Below, piece after piece: positions 1-8,487 of a stretch of DNA of 54,851 bases (positions are counted from its first letter, which is position 1; each line of letters opens with the position of its first letter). Below the pieces are notes generated by a model. It did no database searches and was not told the origin of the DNA. It saw nothing but the letters and a program-made list of their open reading frames with translations. Position numbers and translations under genes: made by a program. The stretch lies in the NCBI RefSeq assembly GCF_038871235.1, contig NZ_JAVZIN010000011.1:1-54851 (forward strand), written 5' to 3'. This DNA is from Candidatus Hadarchaeum sp. Its GTDB lineage: Archaea > Hadarchaeota > Hadarchaeia > Hadarchaeales > Hadarchaeaceae.

Positions 1-5
1 GGCAT

Positions 6-2702
6 GTGGCCGACTTTCTCGACGATGAAAATAGAAAGATCTTTGAAGAAAACTTCAAAAAGGCGCTGAGGGGGGAGAGGTGCGTTTACGAGCTCGTGAG
101 GCTCAGAAAGGACGGAGGGAAGGTGTATACTCTCACCTCCTCGGCACCCTTACTCATTGAAGGTAAGGTTAAAGGCACATTTGCCGTTATCACCGATATC
201 ACGGATTTGAAGAGGACTGAATCGAAACTAAGGGAAAGTGAATTGAAGTACTCAACCATCGTGGAAAAGGGGCCAGAGGGCGTTGTTATCATCCAGGATG
301 GAATAATAAAATTTGTCAACAGAAGGTTGTCCGAGATCACTGGAATAAAAGTGGAGGAGTATCTTGGCAGTTCATATCTTAATTTTATCGCCCCGGAATA
401 CCAGGAACTCGCCGCTGAGCGATACACAAAGAGAATGTCCGGAGTTAAAGTTCCAGATCGTTATGAGATCGAGCTCATTGGCCGAGACGGTCGCCACATC
501 CCCTTTGAGATAATAGCCACGGTGATAGACTACGAGGGTCGGCCCGCGGACATGGTGATACTTCGAGACATCACCGAGCGTAGAAAGGCTGATCAGATGC
601 TACGAGAAAGCGAGGAGAAGTATCGCTCGTTGGTTGAGTCGTCGTCGGACTCCATCTACATGTTGGACAGAGACTTGAGATATATCCAAGTTAATCAGGA
701 GCTGCTGAAAAGGTTAGGCCTGCCGCAGGAGAAAGTAGTTGGCAAAACCTTTGGAGAGCTACATTCTGCCGAGGAAACGAGGGAATTCGAGGCTAAAGCA
801 AGAGAAGTTTTCGAGACGGGGAAAGTGGTGCAACAGGAACACTACCATGCGCGGCTGGGGAGGTATTTTTTGAGAACGATTAGCCCGGTCAGGGACCCGA
901 AAAGCGGTGAAATCAAAGCTATCATTGTGGTGGGAAAGGACATCACCGAACTGAAGCAGGCTTTGGAAAACCTGAAAAAATCCGAAGAGGAATACCGGAG
1001 CCTAGCCGAAAATGTTGCTGATATACTGCTTCGAATCGACCTCAACGGGAACTGTACATATGTCAGCAAGTCGGCCTTTGAAGAAACGGGATATACGATT
1101 GAGGATGCTAAAAAGTTAAATATCAAGGACATACTCACCCCAGAATCATACGAGACCGCCCTAGCTCGGATAAAAATGTGGAAATCAGGCACCCGAAAGT
1201 TGCCCCCTTGGGTGGCTGAAATCAAAAGCAAGGACGGCAGGATCGTACCATACGAGTTGAAAACGTCCCCCATCTTTGAAAACGGCAAACTCAGCGGCAT
1301 CCAAATAATAGCCCGAAACGTCAGCGAACGCATAGCAGCGATGCAGGCTATTGAACATGCGCGTGCCTACGCAGAATCTATTGTAGAAGCCGTGCATGAA
1401 CCTCTGGTGGTGCTCGATGCCGACATGAAGGTGATCTCGGCCAACCGCGCCTTCTACGAATGCTTCCAGGTAACTCCCGAGGAGACGGAAAAATACTCGC
1501 TGTACGAATTGGGCAACAAACAATGGGACATTCCGGAACTTCGAAAACTCTTAAACGACGTCGTGGAGAAAAACATCTCCTTCAAGGAATATGTGGTCGT
1601 ACATGATTTCCCTCGCATCGGTAGAAAGATCATGATGCTGAACGCTAAACAGATGCGAACGAAAGAAGGAGGGAAGCCGATGGTTCTACTGGCTATTGAA
1701 GACATTACCGAGCGCCATCTGATGGAAACGCAGCTCAGGCGAAGCAGCGAAATCCAGAGCGCGATAGTCTCTCTGTTGAGCCTCCCTCTAAACTATTCCA
1801 TGGAAGAAATACTAAAACGAGCCCTAAAAACCATTCTTTCTCTCTCTTGGCTCAACCTTGAGCAACGAGGCAGCATTTTCCTTGCTGACGACGAGCAAAA
1901 CACCTTAGTGCTGAAAACTCAACATAAGGTTCCAGAAATTTTACAAACCTGCAGCACCGTCCCGTTCGGCAGGTGTCTTTGCGGCAGGGCAGCGGCGACC
2001 AAGAAAATTATATTCACCGACCATGTGGATGAAAATCACGAGACGAAATACGAGGGAATACGGCCTCACGGCCACTACTGCGTCCCTATTCTGACAGACG
2101 ACAAGGTCGTTGGTGTAATCGATCTTTACATCCAAGAGGGTCACCGCCAAGACGAGGCGGAGATGGAATTCTTAAAAGCTGCTGCCAACGCTTTAGCGCT
2201 AATTATCACGCGCAAGAATTTTGAACTCGAGCAACTGAAGTTCATCTACAGAATTAACGAAATCTCTAAGGGTGAATGCTACCTGTACCGCTCCCACCGT
2301 GCCGCCTATAACATTGCCTCACATCTAATGCTGCTTGGGGTTCCCGGCATCTGTTTCACCAGAGAAGACCCTGAGAAACTAATTGAATATAGAATCCCTA
2401 AGGAAAACATCATCATAATATCCTCCGTGCCACTGAAGGGTTATGACACAACAGACAATCTCCAAGAAATCAGCATGAGGATCGGTGAATTCATCAGAAA
2501 TAACAGGGGCTCGATTGTGCTCCTCGACGGGTTAGAATATTTGGTGAGCCGCTTTGGATTTGATATGACTTATAAATTCCTCCAAGAAAAGCGCTTCCAA
2601 TTCATCGAAAACGATGCAATATTACTGATGCCGGTTGAACTGAATATTTTCAGCGAGAGGGAGAAGGCGTTGTTTGCCAGTGAGGTAAAAATCATCGGTT
2701 GA
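6..2702 (+). CDS. Multi-PAS + GAF + C-terminal DUF835 sensor protein (probably 5'-truncated by the window edge)
   Basis: Repeated PAS/PAC units ending in DITD/DITER/DITE/NVSER, each followed by 'LRESE.KY' linkers. GAF region 'CLCGRAA...HYCVPI...VVGVIDLY'. C-terminal 'ICFTRE.PE...IVLLDGLEYL...GF' is DUF835-like. No HisKA/HATPase domain. Confidence 0.85.
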   Translation: MADFLDDENRKIFEENFKKALRGERCVYELVRLRKDGGKVYTLTSSAPLLIEGKVKGTFAVITDITDLKRTESKLRESELKYSTIVEKGPEGVVIIQDGIIKFVNRRLSEITGIKVEEYLGSSYLNFIAPEYQELAAERYTKRMSGVKVPDRYEIELIGRDGRHIPFEIIATVIDYEGRPADMVILRDITERRKADQMLRESEEKYRSLVESSSDSIYMLDRDLRYIQVNQELLKRLGLPQEKVVGKTFGELHSAEETREFEAKAREVFETGKVVQQEHYHARLGRYFLRTISPVRDPKSGEIKAIIVVGKDITELKQALENLKKSEEEYRSLAENVADILLRIDLNGNCTYVSKSAFEETGYTIEDAKKLNIKDILTPESYETALARIKMWKSGTRKLPPWVAEIKSKDGRIVPYELKTSPIFENGKLSGIQIIARNVSERIAAMQAIEHARAYAESIVEAVHEPLVVLDADMKVISANRAFYECFQVTPEETEKYSLYELGNKQWDIPELRKLLNDVVEKNISFKEYVVVHDFPRIGRKIMMLNAKQMRTKEGGKPMVLLAIEDITERHLMETQLRRSSEIQSAIVSLLSLPLNYSMEEILKRALKTILSLSWLNLEQRGSIFLADDEQNTLVLKTQHKVPEILQTCSTVPFGRCLCGRAAATKKIIFTDHVDENHETKYEGIRPHGHYCVPILTDDKVVGVIDLYIQEGHRQDEAEMEFLKAAANALALIITRKNFELEQLKFIYRINEISKGECYLYRSHRAAYNIASHLMLLGVPGICFTREDPEKLIEYRIPKENIIIISSVPLKGYDTTDNLQEISMRIGEFIRNNRGSIVLLDGLEYLVSRFGFDMTYKFLQEKRFQFIENDAILLMPVELNIFSEREKALFASEVKIIG

Positions 2703-2748
2703 GAACTATTAACTGGTGTTTGTTCCGCTGATGCCTTCGAAAAATAAA

Positions 2749-3183
2749 TTACTCGCCAAGAAAATCCTTGCTCACCTTCAACACATTGGTCCTGAAGTAG
2801 CGCTCCTTGGTTATGGCATGCTTTCGCTCGAGATTTTTTACCAGAGCGCTCAGTTTCGATTTCGACATGTCGAGTTCACGTCTGAGTTTGTCCTGATAGG
2901 CCCGGCCGTTCGAACGTAGTATTGCTTCAAAAACCCGCCGCTCATCCTCGGTCAGCGTCATCAGGACAACGCGCATCGCCCGCTCCGTGGAATACTTCTT
3001 GAAGATAAACGCCAGCACTGAAGCTATTCCGCCGGCAACCGCGGCCATCAAAGCGATAGCAACCAAGATTGTGTAAATATCAAGGCTGGACGAGGCCTGC
3101 AATGGGCCATAGAGCAACAGCCCAATGAATATCTGCAGCACGATCACCAGCGCCACAACGCCGAAAGCCTCTCGAAGCGTCAT
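2749..3183 (-). CDS. Membrane-anchored winged-helix transcription regulator (2 TM + wHTH)
   Basis: Two hydrophobic helices followed by 'LTEDERRVFEAI...YQDKLRRELDMSKSKLSALVKNLERK', a MarR-like wHTH. Confidence 0.8.
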   Translation of the reverse strand: MTLREAFGVVALVIVLQIFIGLLLYGPLQASSSLDIYTILVAIALMAAVAGGIASVLAFIFKKYSTERAMRVVLMTLTEDERRVFEAILRSNGRAYQDKLRRELDMSKSKLSALVKNLERKHAITKERYFRTNVLKVSKDFLGE

Positions 3184-3464
3184 CGGACAGTATTAAGCCA
3201 ATCAACCTATATAGGTTTGAAAATTATTAAATATCATCACGTTCTGGTTCTCCCTGAACAAATAATAAATAGGGCGTTTAAAAGCTATTTTTAAGAATTA
3301 AAGAAATTTTAAAGAATTATGAACGATAAAAAATTGAAAAAAGTCTTAAAAAATATTTTAAAAACCATTTTTTACTTTTCAAAAAGGCAAAATGAACCGT
3401 CTTGGGAAATCAATTAAATAGCTATTTCGACTCAGTCCTATCAAAAATCAATGGTGATTTAAAG

Positions 3465-4526
3465 ATGTCCCGGTTGGGAAAAGCGGGTATTGCCGTAGCA
3501 ATCGTGCTGGTAATAGTTGCAGCATCTATAGGCGGAGCCATGGCCACCCCGATAATCGTCGACTCCATCGGTGCTTCACCGGATTCTCCTCTTTACGGTC
3601 TGAGGCGACTTGGCGAAAAAATTCGTATGGTCAGCGAAGAAGAACAGATGAAGAGAAGATGGGATGAATACCTGCAAATGGTGAACAAGGGAAAGGGCTT
3701 AGAATATGCACAGATTCTCGAGGAGTTCCATGAGAAGATGACAAAGGTGGCCTCGGCCGAAGTCGAAGCCAAGGAGGAAATCGTGCGGTGGATGCAGGAA
3801 CAGGTGCCCGGAATTGGGTTGGTGGAACTGAAACTTGCAGGCGAGTGCATCAGCAGGTCCAGAGGATTTGTTGAGAACGCGCCGGGATTTCCTGAGGGTT
3901 TGGAGAACATAATCAGGATATTGCAGGAACTGGAGCAGCGGTACCAAGCCGGCACTGATGAAGCCCGGGAAAATATCTTGGCACAGCTCCAGCTGGTAAT
4001 GGAACAACTACGGATAATGATCAGCCGGATCAGGGGACAGCTGCCTGGAGAGTTGCGCAGATACTTTGACGCTGACAATCTGCTGATGGATGCAAGAATC
4101 GGCCTGAAACTTCGCATCGGCGGCGGACCTGTTCCTTGGATCGAAAACAGGTGGCCAGTTCAGGAAAATCTGTCCCAGCTTTTCCTAGAGGGTCTGGAAA
4201 AATTCGACAACAAATTAACCAAAGTTCAACAGAAACTTGAAGAAACGTCCGAGAATCACCCAGGGATTAGAGCGGCAGAGGTCCAGATTCAAGCCGCCAT
4301 AGAACTCAGAGACAACGCCATTGCTGAGAACAGCACCGGCAACCTTGAAAAGGCTGTCTTCATCCTCAAGATGGCCTTCATGCGTCTTGACTGCGCCGAA
4401 AGAATGCTGGAACAGGCAAGAGTATGGCGTCCTGAGTTTCCGCCAACTTGGTGGTCGTGGTCAAAAGAGTTACCAATACCAATGGAGCCGTGGAAACAAC
4501 CAGTGCCTAAAGGCCGGGGTTGGTGA
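3465..4526 (+). CDS. Secreted or membrane-anchored DUF5667-like helical protein
   Basis: GGTGA RBS before ATG 3465. N-terminal hydrophobic segment. 'PDSPLYGLRRLGEKIR' motif resembles DUF5667. Pro/Trp-rich tail. Confidence 0.6.
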   Translation: MSRLGKAGIAVAIVLVIVAASIGGAMATPIIVDSIGASPDSPLYGLRRLGEKIRMVSEEEQMKRRWDEYLQMVNKGKGLEYAQILEEFHEKMTKVASAEVEAKEEIVRWMQEQVPGIGLVELKLAGECISRSRGFVENAPGFPEGLENIIRILQELEQRYQAGTDEARENILAQLQLVMEQLRIMISRIRGQLPGELRRYFDADNLLMDARIGLKLRIGGGPVPWIENRWPVQENLSQLFLEGLEKFDNKLTKVQQKLEETSENHPGIRAAEVQIQAAIELRDNAIAENSTGNLEKAVFILKMAFMRLDCAERMLEQARVWRPEFPPTWWSWSKELPIPMEPWKQPVPKGRGW

Positions 4527-4586
4527 AACTCATCAACAAATTTTTAACATCCAGCGCGGCAAACCCGCTATCGACTTTCAAAATAG

Positions 4587-5375
4587 ATGATCGTTGGTGA
4601 AATGATGAGGAAAAAGAACAGGATTTATTTAATTGCCGTGTTCGTGGCTGCCTTGGCCTTCGTTGGCGGAACGGTTTTTGGCATCTCCATCTCGAACCTC
4701 GGCAAGATAGAAACTCAGGCAAAGGTTATGGGGTTAGAAAACTCGAGAAGCTCCTCAATTGCCATCGTTGCGGTGAGTGCCAATGAAACTGGCGCGCTGC
4801 TGAACCTGAACGTGGAAGTAAGGCCTGGCACCGGCGAGATATACGTGAACACGGCCCCGCTGGTGGAGGCTGATTTTCAATATGCCCAGTGGATCGCGGT
4901 CTCGGTCGCAGCGAACTACCTCGGTTTACCTGTGGATGACGATAACGTCGGCATCAAGGGCTTGGACATCAGCTTTTCCGTCAGCTCCGATGAACCAATC
5001 CAGCTGGTTGGGGGTCCGAGCGCCGGCGCCGCGATGACGGTACTCACCATCGCTGTGCTGGACAACAAACAGGTCAAAAACAACGTCGTGATCACAGGTG
5101 AAATCAATGATGATGGCAGCATCGGCAAGGTCGGTGGACTAATCGCCAAGCTCGAGGCGGCGGAAAAAGCGGGCAAAGAATTGTTCCTAGTCCCGCCCGG
5201 TCAGTCAAATGTAATTGTATATAAACAGGTAGCTTACAAGGTTGGTCCTTTCACCAAGATCATGCTTGAGCCGGTAACGGTCAACCTAAACGAGTATGCC
5301 GAGAACATGGGCTGGAAAGTCAAGGTCCAAGAGGTCTCAACCATCCAAGAGGCCATTACTCTTATGTTGGAATGA
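4587..5375 (+). CDS. Membrane-anchored Lon-like S16 serine protease (protease domain only)
   Basis: Ser-Lys dyad motifs 'GPSAGAAM' and 'ITGEI..DG.IGKVGGL..K'. N-terminal TM. The true start may be ATG 4602/4605 after GGTGA. Confidence 0.88.
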   Translation: MIVGEMMRKKNRIYLIAVFVAALAFVGGTVFGISISNLGKIETQAKVMGLENSRSSSIAIVAVSANETGALLNLNVEVRPGTGEIYVNTAPLVEADFQYAQWIAVSVAANYLGLPVDDDNVGIKGLDISFSVSSDEPIQLVGGPSAGAAMTVLTIAVLDNKQVKNNVVITGEINDDGSIGKVGGLIAKLEAAEKAGKELFLVPPGQSNVIVYKQVAYKVGPFTKIMLEPVTVNLNEYAENMGWKVKVQEVSTIQEAITLMLE

Positions 5376-5457
5376 GCTGGTGATGAAAAAGGTAAAGTTA
5401 GGTGATTGGTATCAAAAGCTAAACCAACCATGATTGAACGGACAAATAAAATTATTT

Positions 5458-5793
5458 TCAGCTGGTTCCAAAGTCCTGGAAAATCCCCTTCTTCTTCATC
5501 CGGCTACAGATGGCGCAATATCGCCTGACCACATCGGCCTGACTGAGCTTGCCGCTGGCCACATCGTCGGCGAGGCTCCTGATCTCACCGCCGATGGATT
5601 TCATCAGCTTCTTTTCCAGCTTCCTCTTGCCCCGGAGCGCGCTAAGGTACTGGCTGACCGCGGGCTGCGTGATCCCCAGCTTCTTCGCCACCTCAACCTG
5701 ACTCAGCTCGTAGCGCCTGACCAAATCCTTCACCACCATCGCCCGGATAGCGGGCAGCACCTGCCCGCTCACGAGTTCGCACAGCGGCTTCAT
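5458..5793 (-). CDS. HTH transcriptional regulator (archaeal 'P.E...LPAIRA' family)
   Basis: 'PCE....VLPAIRA...LSQVEVAKKLGITQPAVSQYL..RG' plus a C-terminal CxxC. Confidence 0.85.
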   Translation of the reverse strand: MKPLCELVSGQVLPAIRAMVVKDLVRRYELSQVEVAKKLGITQPAVSQYLSALRGKRKLEKKLMKSIGGEIRSLADDVASGKLSQADVVRRYCAICSRMKKKGIFQDFGTS

Positions 5794-5827
5794 TTCCTCA
5801 CCAGATATCCCCTCAACCTAAATTTAC

Positions 5828-5840
5828 ATAACTTTGTTAT
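5828..5840. promoter_or_regulatory. Inverted repeat ATAAC-N3-GTTAT, candidate operator
   Basis: Palindrome next to a TATA-like element, about 35 nt upstream of the HTH gene that starts at 5793. Confidence 0.4.
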
Positions 5841-5897
5841 AAATATCCCTTCTGCTCATCCGAAAGAAAAAGCGGGAGCCGGGAGCGGCTTGATCAA

Positions 5898-6155
5898 CTA
5901 GGAACCCAGTTTTTCCTTCAGCTTTGCCCAAAACCCGGGCTTTTTCTCCGGGACCGCCTCAGTCCTAGCCGTGGCCCCTTCCTCGGCCTCTATCCTGGCC
6001 TCGGGATATTTCTCCACGTTCAGATATTTGTAAACGGTGAGATAGGAGAGATTGAGTTCCTTTGCGATCTTCTGATAAGTCATGCCCTGACTTCTCAGCT
6101 CCCGCATCTTCCTTACAACTTCAGGAGTTACTTTTCTTCTTTTATCCTCTTTCAT
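5898..6155 (-). CDS. Small HTH protein with C-terminal amphipathic helix
   Basis: HTH 'MRELRSQGMTYQKIAKELNLSYLTVYKYL'. Ends in 'KKPGFWAKLKEKLGS'. Confidence 0.8.
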   Translation of the reverse strand: MKEDKRRKVTPEVVRKMRELRSQGMTYQKIAKELNLSYLTVYKYLNVEKYPEARIEAEEGATARTEAVPEKKPGFWAKLKEKLGS

Positions 6156-6301
6156 AATTAATCGTTTCCTTCTCTTTATATATTAATTTATTTTTAACAA
6201 AACAATACAAAAAATTATCTTTAGATTAAATGATCTCATGAAATTAACATTTTTCGCGGCAAATATATATGTTATAAAAACAATAACTTCATCGGTGATT
6301 C

Positions 6302-6775
6302 ATGGCCGAAAGAGGGCAGGTTGGCAGCACCCTCATCGGACTCGGCGCCTTTCTTATTTTTCTAGGAGTACTTTTTCTGCTGTTGGTGTTTCTGGGACAT
6401 TTACCGAACCAAACCTGGATCTTCCCTTGGATCACGACCAACCGGGCTGCGGTGGTCGGTGTCATCCTCGGGGTAATTCTCCTTGGGGCTGGGCTCCACA
6501 CGAGAGCCGCTGTCAAGAGATATGAAAGAAAGCTGGAAGAACTTGAGCAGGCTAGAAAGCAGCAGGAGGCCATAATCAGGGCTAAGGCCATCAAACTCGG
6601 CAAGGCCAGGGCTAAGGCCAAGAGAAAGGAGATCGCCCTGAAGCTCGCCCACGCAAAGCTGAAGAAAGCTAGGCTGAAGGCGGAGAAAAGAAAACAGGCT
6701 TTGCTGAGGGTGCGCGGCAAACTGGGTGAACGCAGCAAACGGTTGAAGAGAATAAGGAAATTAGCCGAGGTCTGA
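6302..6775 (+). CDS. Hypothetical 2-TM protein with very basic coiled-coil tail
   Basis: GGTGA RBS, two TM segments, K/R/A-rich helical C-terminal half. Confidence 0.7.
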   Translation: MAERGQVGSTLIGLGAFLIFLGVLFLLLVFLGHLPNQTWIFPWITTNRAAVVGVILGVILLGAGLHTRAAVKRYERKLEELEQARKQQEAIIRAKAIKLGKARAKAKRKEIALKLAHAKLKKARLKAEKRKQALLRVRGKLGERSKRLKRIRKLAEV

Positions 6776-6859
6776 AGGGGAAAGCGAGTAAAACTTCAGA
6801 CGGGCGGTTTCGGCTAAGTTAACCATAAAAACACCGGAGTTGAAAATCATCTGCAAAAG

Positions 6860-7129
6860 ATGATCTCAATGAGCATCCGGGTCAAAGTTGAACTCATGCC
6901 CGGCCTGAGGCCGGTGAGAAAGGAAAACGTTTTTGAGATGGAGCTGCCTCCAGAGTCTAACCTAAAATCGATGCTGCTGGAGGTAGGCTTCAGGGAGGAT
7001 GAAATCGAGCACCTACGCGTCTTCGTTAACGAAAAACTGGCCTCGTTGAATAAAGAGTTAAAGGATGGAGACAACATCTGGATAGGCATCGTTATGGGAG
7101 GTGGAGACGATCATCAAGACCTACAATAG
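6860..7129 (+). CDS. MoaD/ThiS (SAMP-like) ubiquitin-fold protein
   Basis: 'IRVKVEL...VFVNEK.....ELKDGDNIWI....GG' beta-grasp pattern. Confidence 0.8.
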   Translation: MISMSIRVKVELMPGLRPVRKENVFEMELPPESNLKSMLLEVGFREDEIEHLRVFVNEKLASLNKELKDGDNIWIGIVMGGGDDHQDLQ

Positions 7130-8003
7130 GGCCCTGCTCTGCGACTTTGAATATTTTGAGCCCGTGAATATTTCTGAGGCAGTAAGTTTACTTCAAAAAT
7201 ATGGCGATGATGCCAAGTTGATCGCCGGAGGTACCGATCTGCTGGTTGATATAAAGGAGGAAAAAATCAAGCCTAAAGTTTTAGTGAGCATCATGAAAAT
7301 TCCCGATCTGAAATGCATTGTTGAGGATGGCACGGAACTCAGGATCGGCGCCGCGACAACCCTAGCAGAGATTGAGGAGTCTCGGGTGATTAGGGAAAAT
7401 TATGGGCTCATCTGCGAGGCGGCAAAGGAGTTGGGGACCGTACAAGTGAGAAATATGGCTACCATCGGCGGTAACATCTGCAATGCCGTCCCGTCCGCTG
7501 ACCTGCCGCCCGCGCTGGTGGCCCTCGACGCCCAGTTAAAAATAGTGGGAGCAAATGGCGAGAGGATTCTACCGCTTGAAGAATTTTTCGTCGGCGTGAG
7601 GAAAACCAAGCTGAAAAACGAACTGCTGAAGGAGATCGTGGTGGGGAGACCACCCGAGCGCTCGGGAACGGCGTTCATCAAGCTGGCAAGAACCTCGGAG
7701 GACCTAGCCATCGTCAACGCTGCCGTCAGGGTCACGCTCAACAAGGACGGCATTTGCGAGGAGGCGAGGGTCGTAGTCGGCGGCGGCATTGGCCCCACGC
7801 TGCTCAGATCTAGGGAGGCGGAGAAGATGTTGGAGGGCAGAAAGCTGGACGGGGAAGTCATCGGCAAAGCGGCTGAAATCTGTGGCCAAGGTTTTCAGTG
7901 CCGCTCCAAATCAATCCGCGCCTCGCCTGAATATAAAATCGAGGTGGGCAAAGTTCTGGTAAAACGGGCGTTGTTAAAGGCGCTGGAAAGGGTCGGGGGA
8001 TGA
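7101..8003 (+). CDS. Mo-hydroxylase FAD-binding subunit (CoxM/XdhB family)
   Basis: 'AGGTDL', 'QVRNMATIGGNICNA.PSAD'. Start codon uncertain. Confidence 0.92.
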   Translation: METIIKTYNRALLCDFEYFEPVNISEAVSLLQKYGDDAKLIAGGTDLLVDIKEEKIKPKVLVSIMKIPDLKCIVEDGTELRIGAATTLAEIEESRVIRENYGLICEAAKELGTVQVRNMATIGGNICNAVPSADLPPALVALDAQLKIVGANGERILPLEEFFVGVRKTKLKNELLKEIVVGRPPERSGTAFIKLARTSEDLAIVNAAVRVTLNKDGICEEARVVVGGGIGPTLLRSREAEKMLEGRKLDGEVIGKAAEICGQGFQCRSKSIRASPEYKIEVGKVLVKRALLKALERVGG

Positions 8004-8007
8004 ACGG

Positions 8008-8487
8008 ATGATGCGTGAGATTGAATTCACCATCAACGGAAGGAAGAGAAAGGTGTTCGTCAAACCGAAGGATCTGCTCCTCAACGTGATAAGGGATGAG
8101 CTGGGCCTGAAGGGAACCAAGTACGGATGCGGGACTGGCGAGTGTGGTGCCTGCACGGTCCTTCTCGACGGCAAGCCAGTCCTCTCCTGCCTGACGCTGG
8201 CCGTTGCAGTAAATGGAAGAGAGATAACGACCATCGAGGGTATTGGAACGGATGAAAACCTGCACCCTATCCAGCAGGCTTTCATCGACGCCGGGGCCAT
8301 CCAGTGCGGCTATTGCACTCCGGGAATGATAATCTCGGCCAAGGCGTTACTGGATAGAAATCAAAATCCCACCGAGGAGGAGATCAGGCGGGCAATAAAG
8401 GGAAATCTCTGCCGCTGCACCGGCTACGTCAAGATCATCGCGGCCATCCAGTTGGCTGCAAAGCGAATGAGGGGTAAAAGCCCATGA
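8008..8487 (+). CDS. Mo-hydroxylase 2x[2Fe-2S] subunit (CoxS/XdhC family)
   Basis: 'GTKYGCGTGECGACTV', 'QCGYCTPG', 'GNLCRCTGY'. Confidence 0.95.
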   Translation: MMREIEFTINGRKRKVFVKPKDLLLNVIRDELGLKGTKYGCGTGECGACTVLLDGKPVLSCLTLAVAVNGREITTIEGIGTDENLHPIQQAFIDAGAIQCGYCTPGMIISAKALLDRNQNPTEEEIRRAIKGNLCRCTGYVKIIAAIQLAAKRMRGKSP

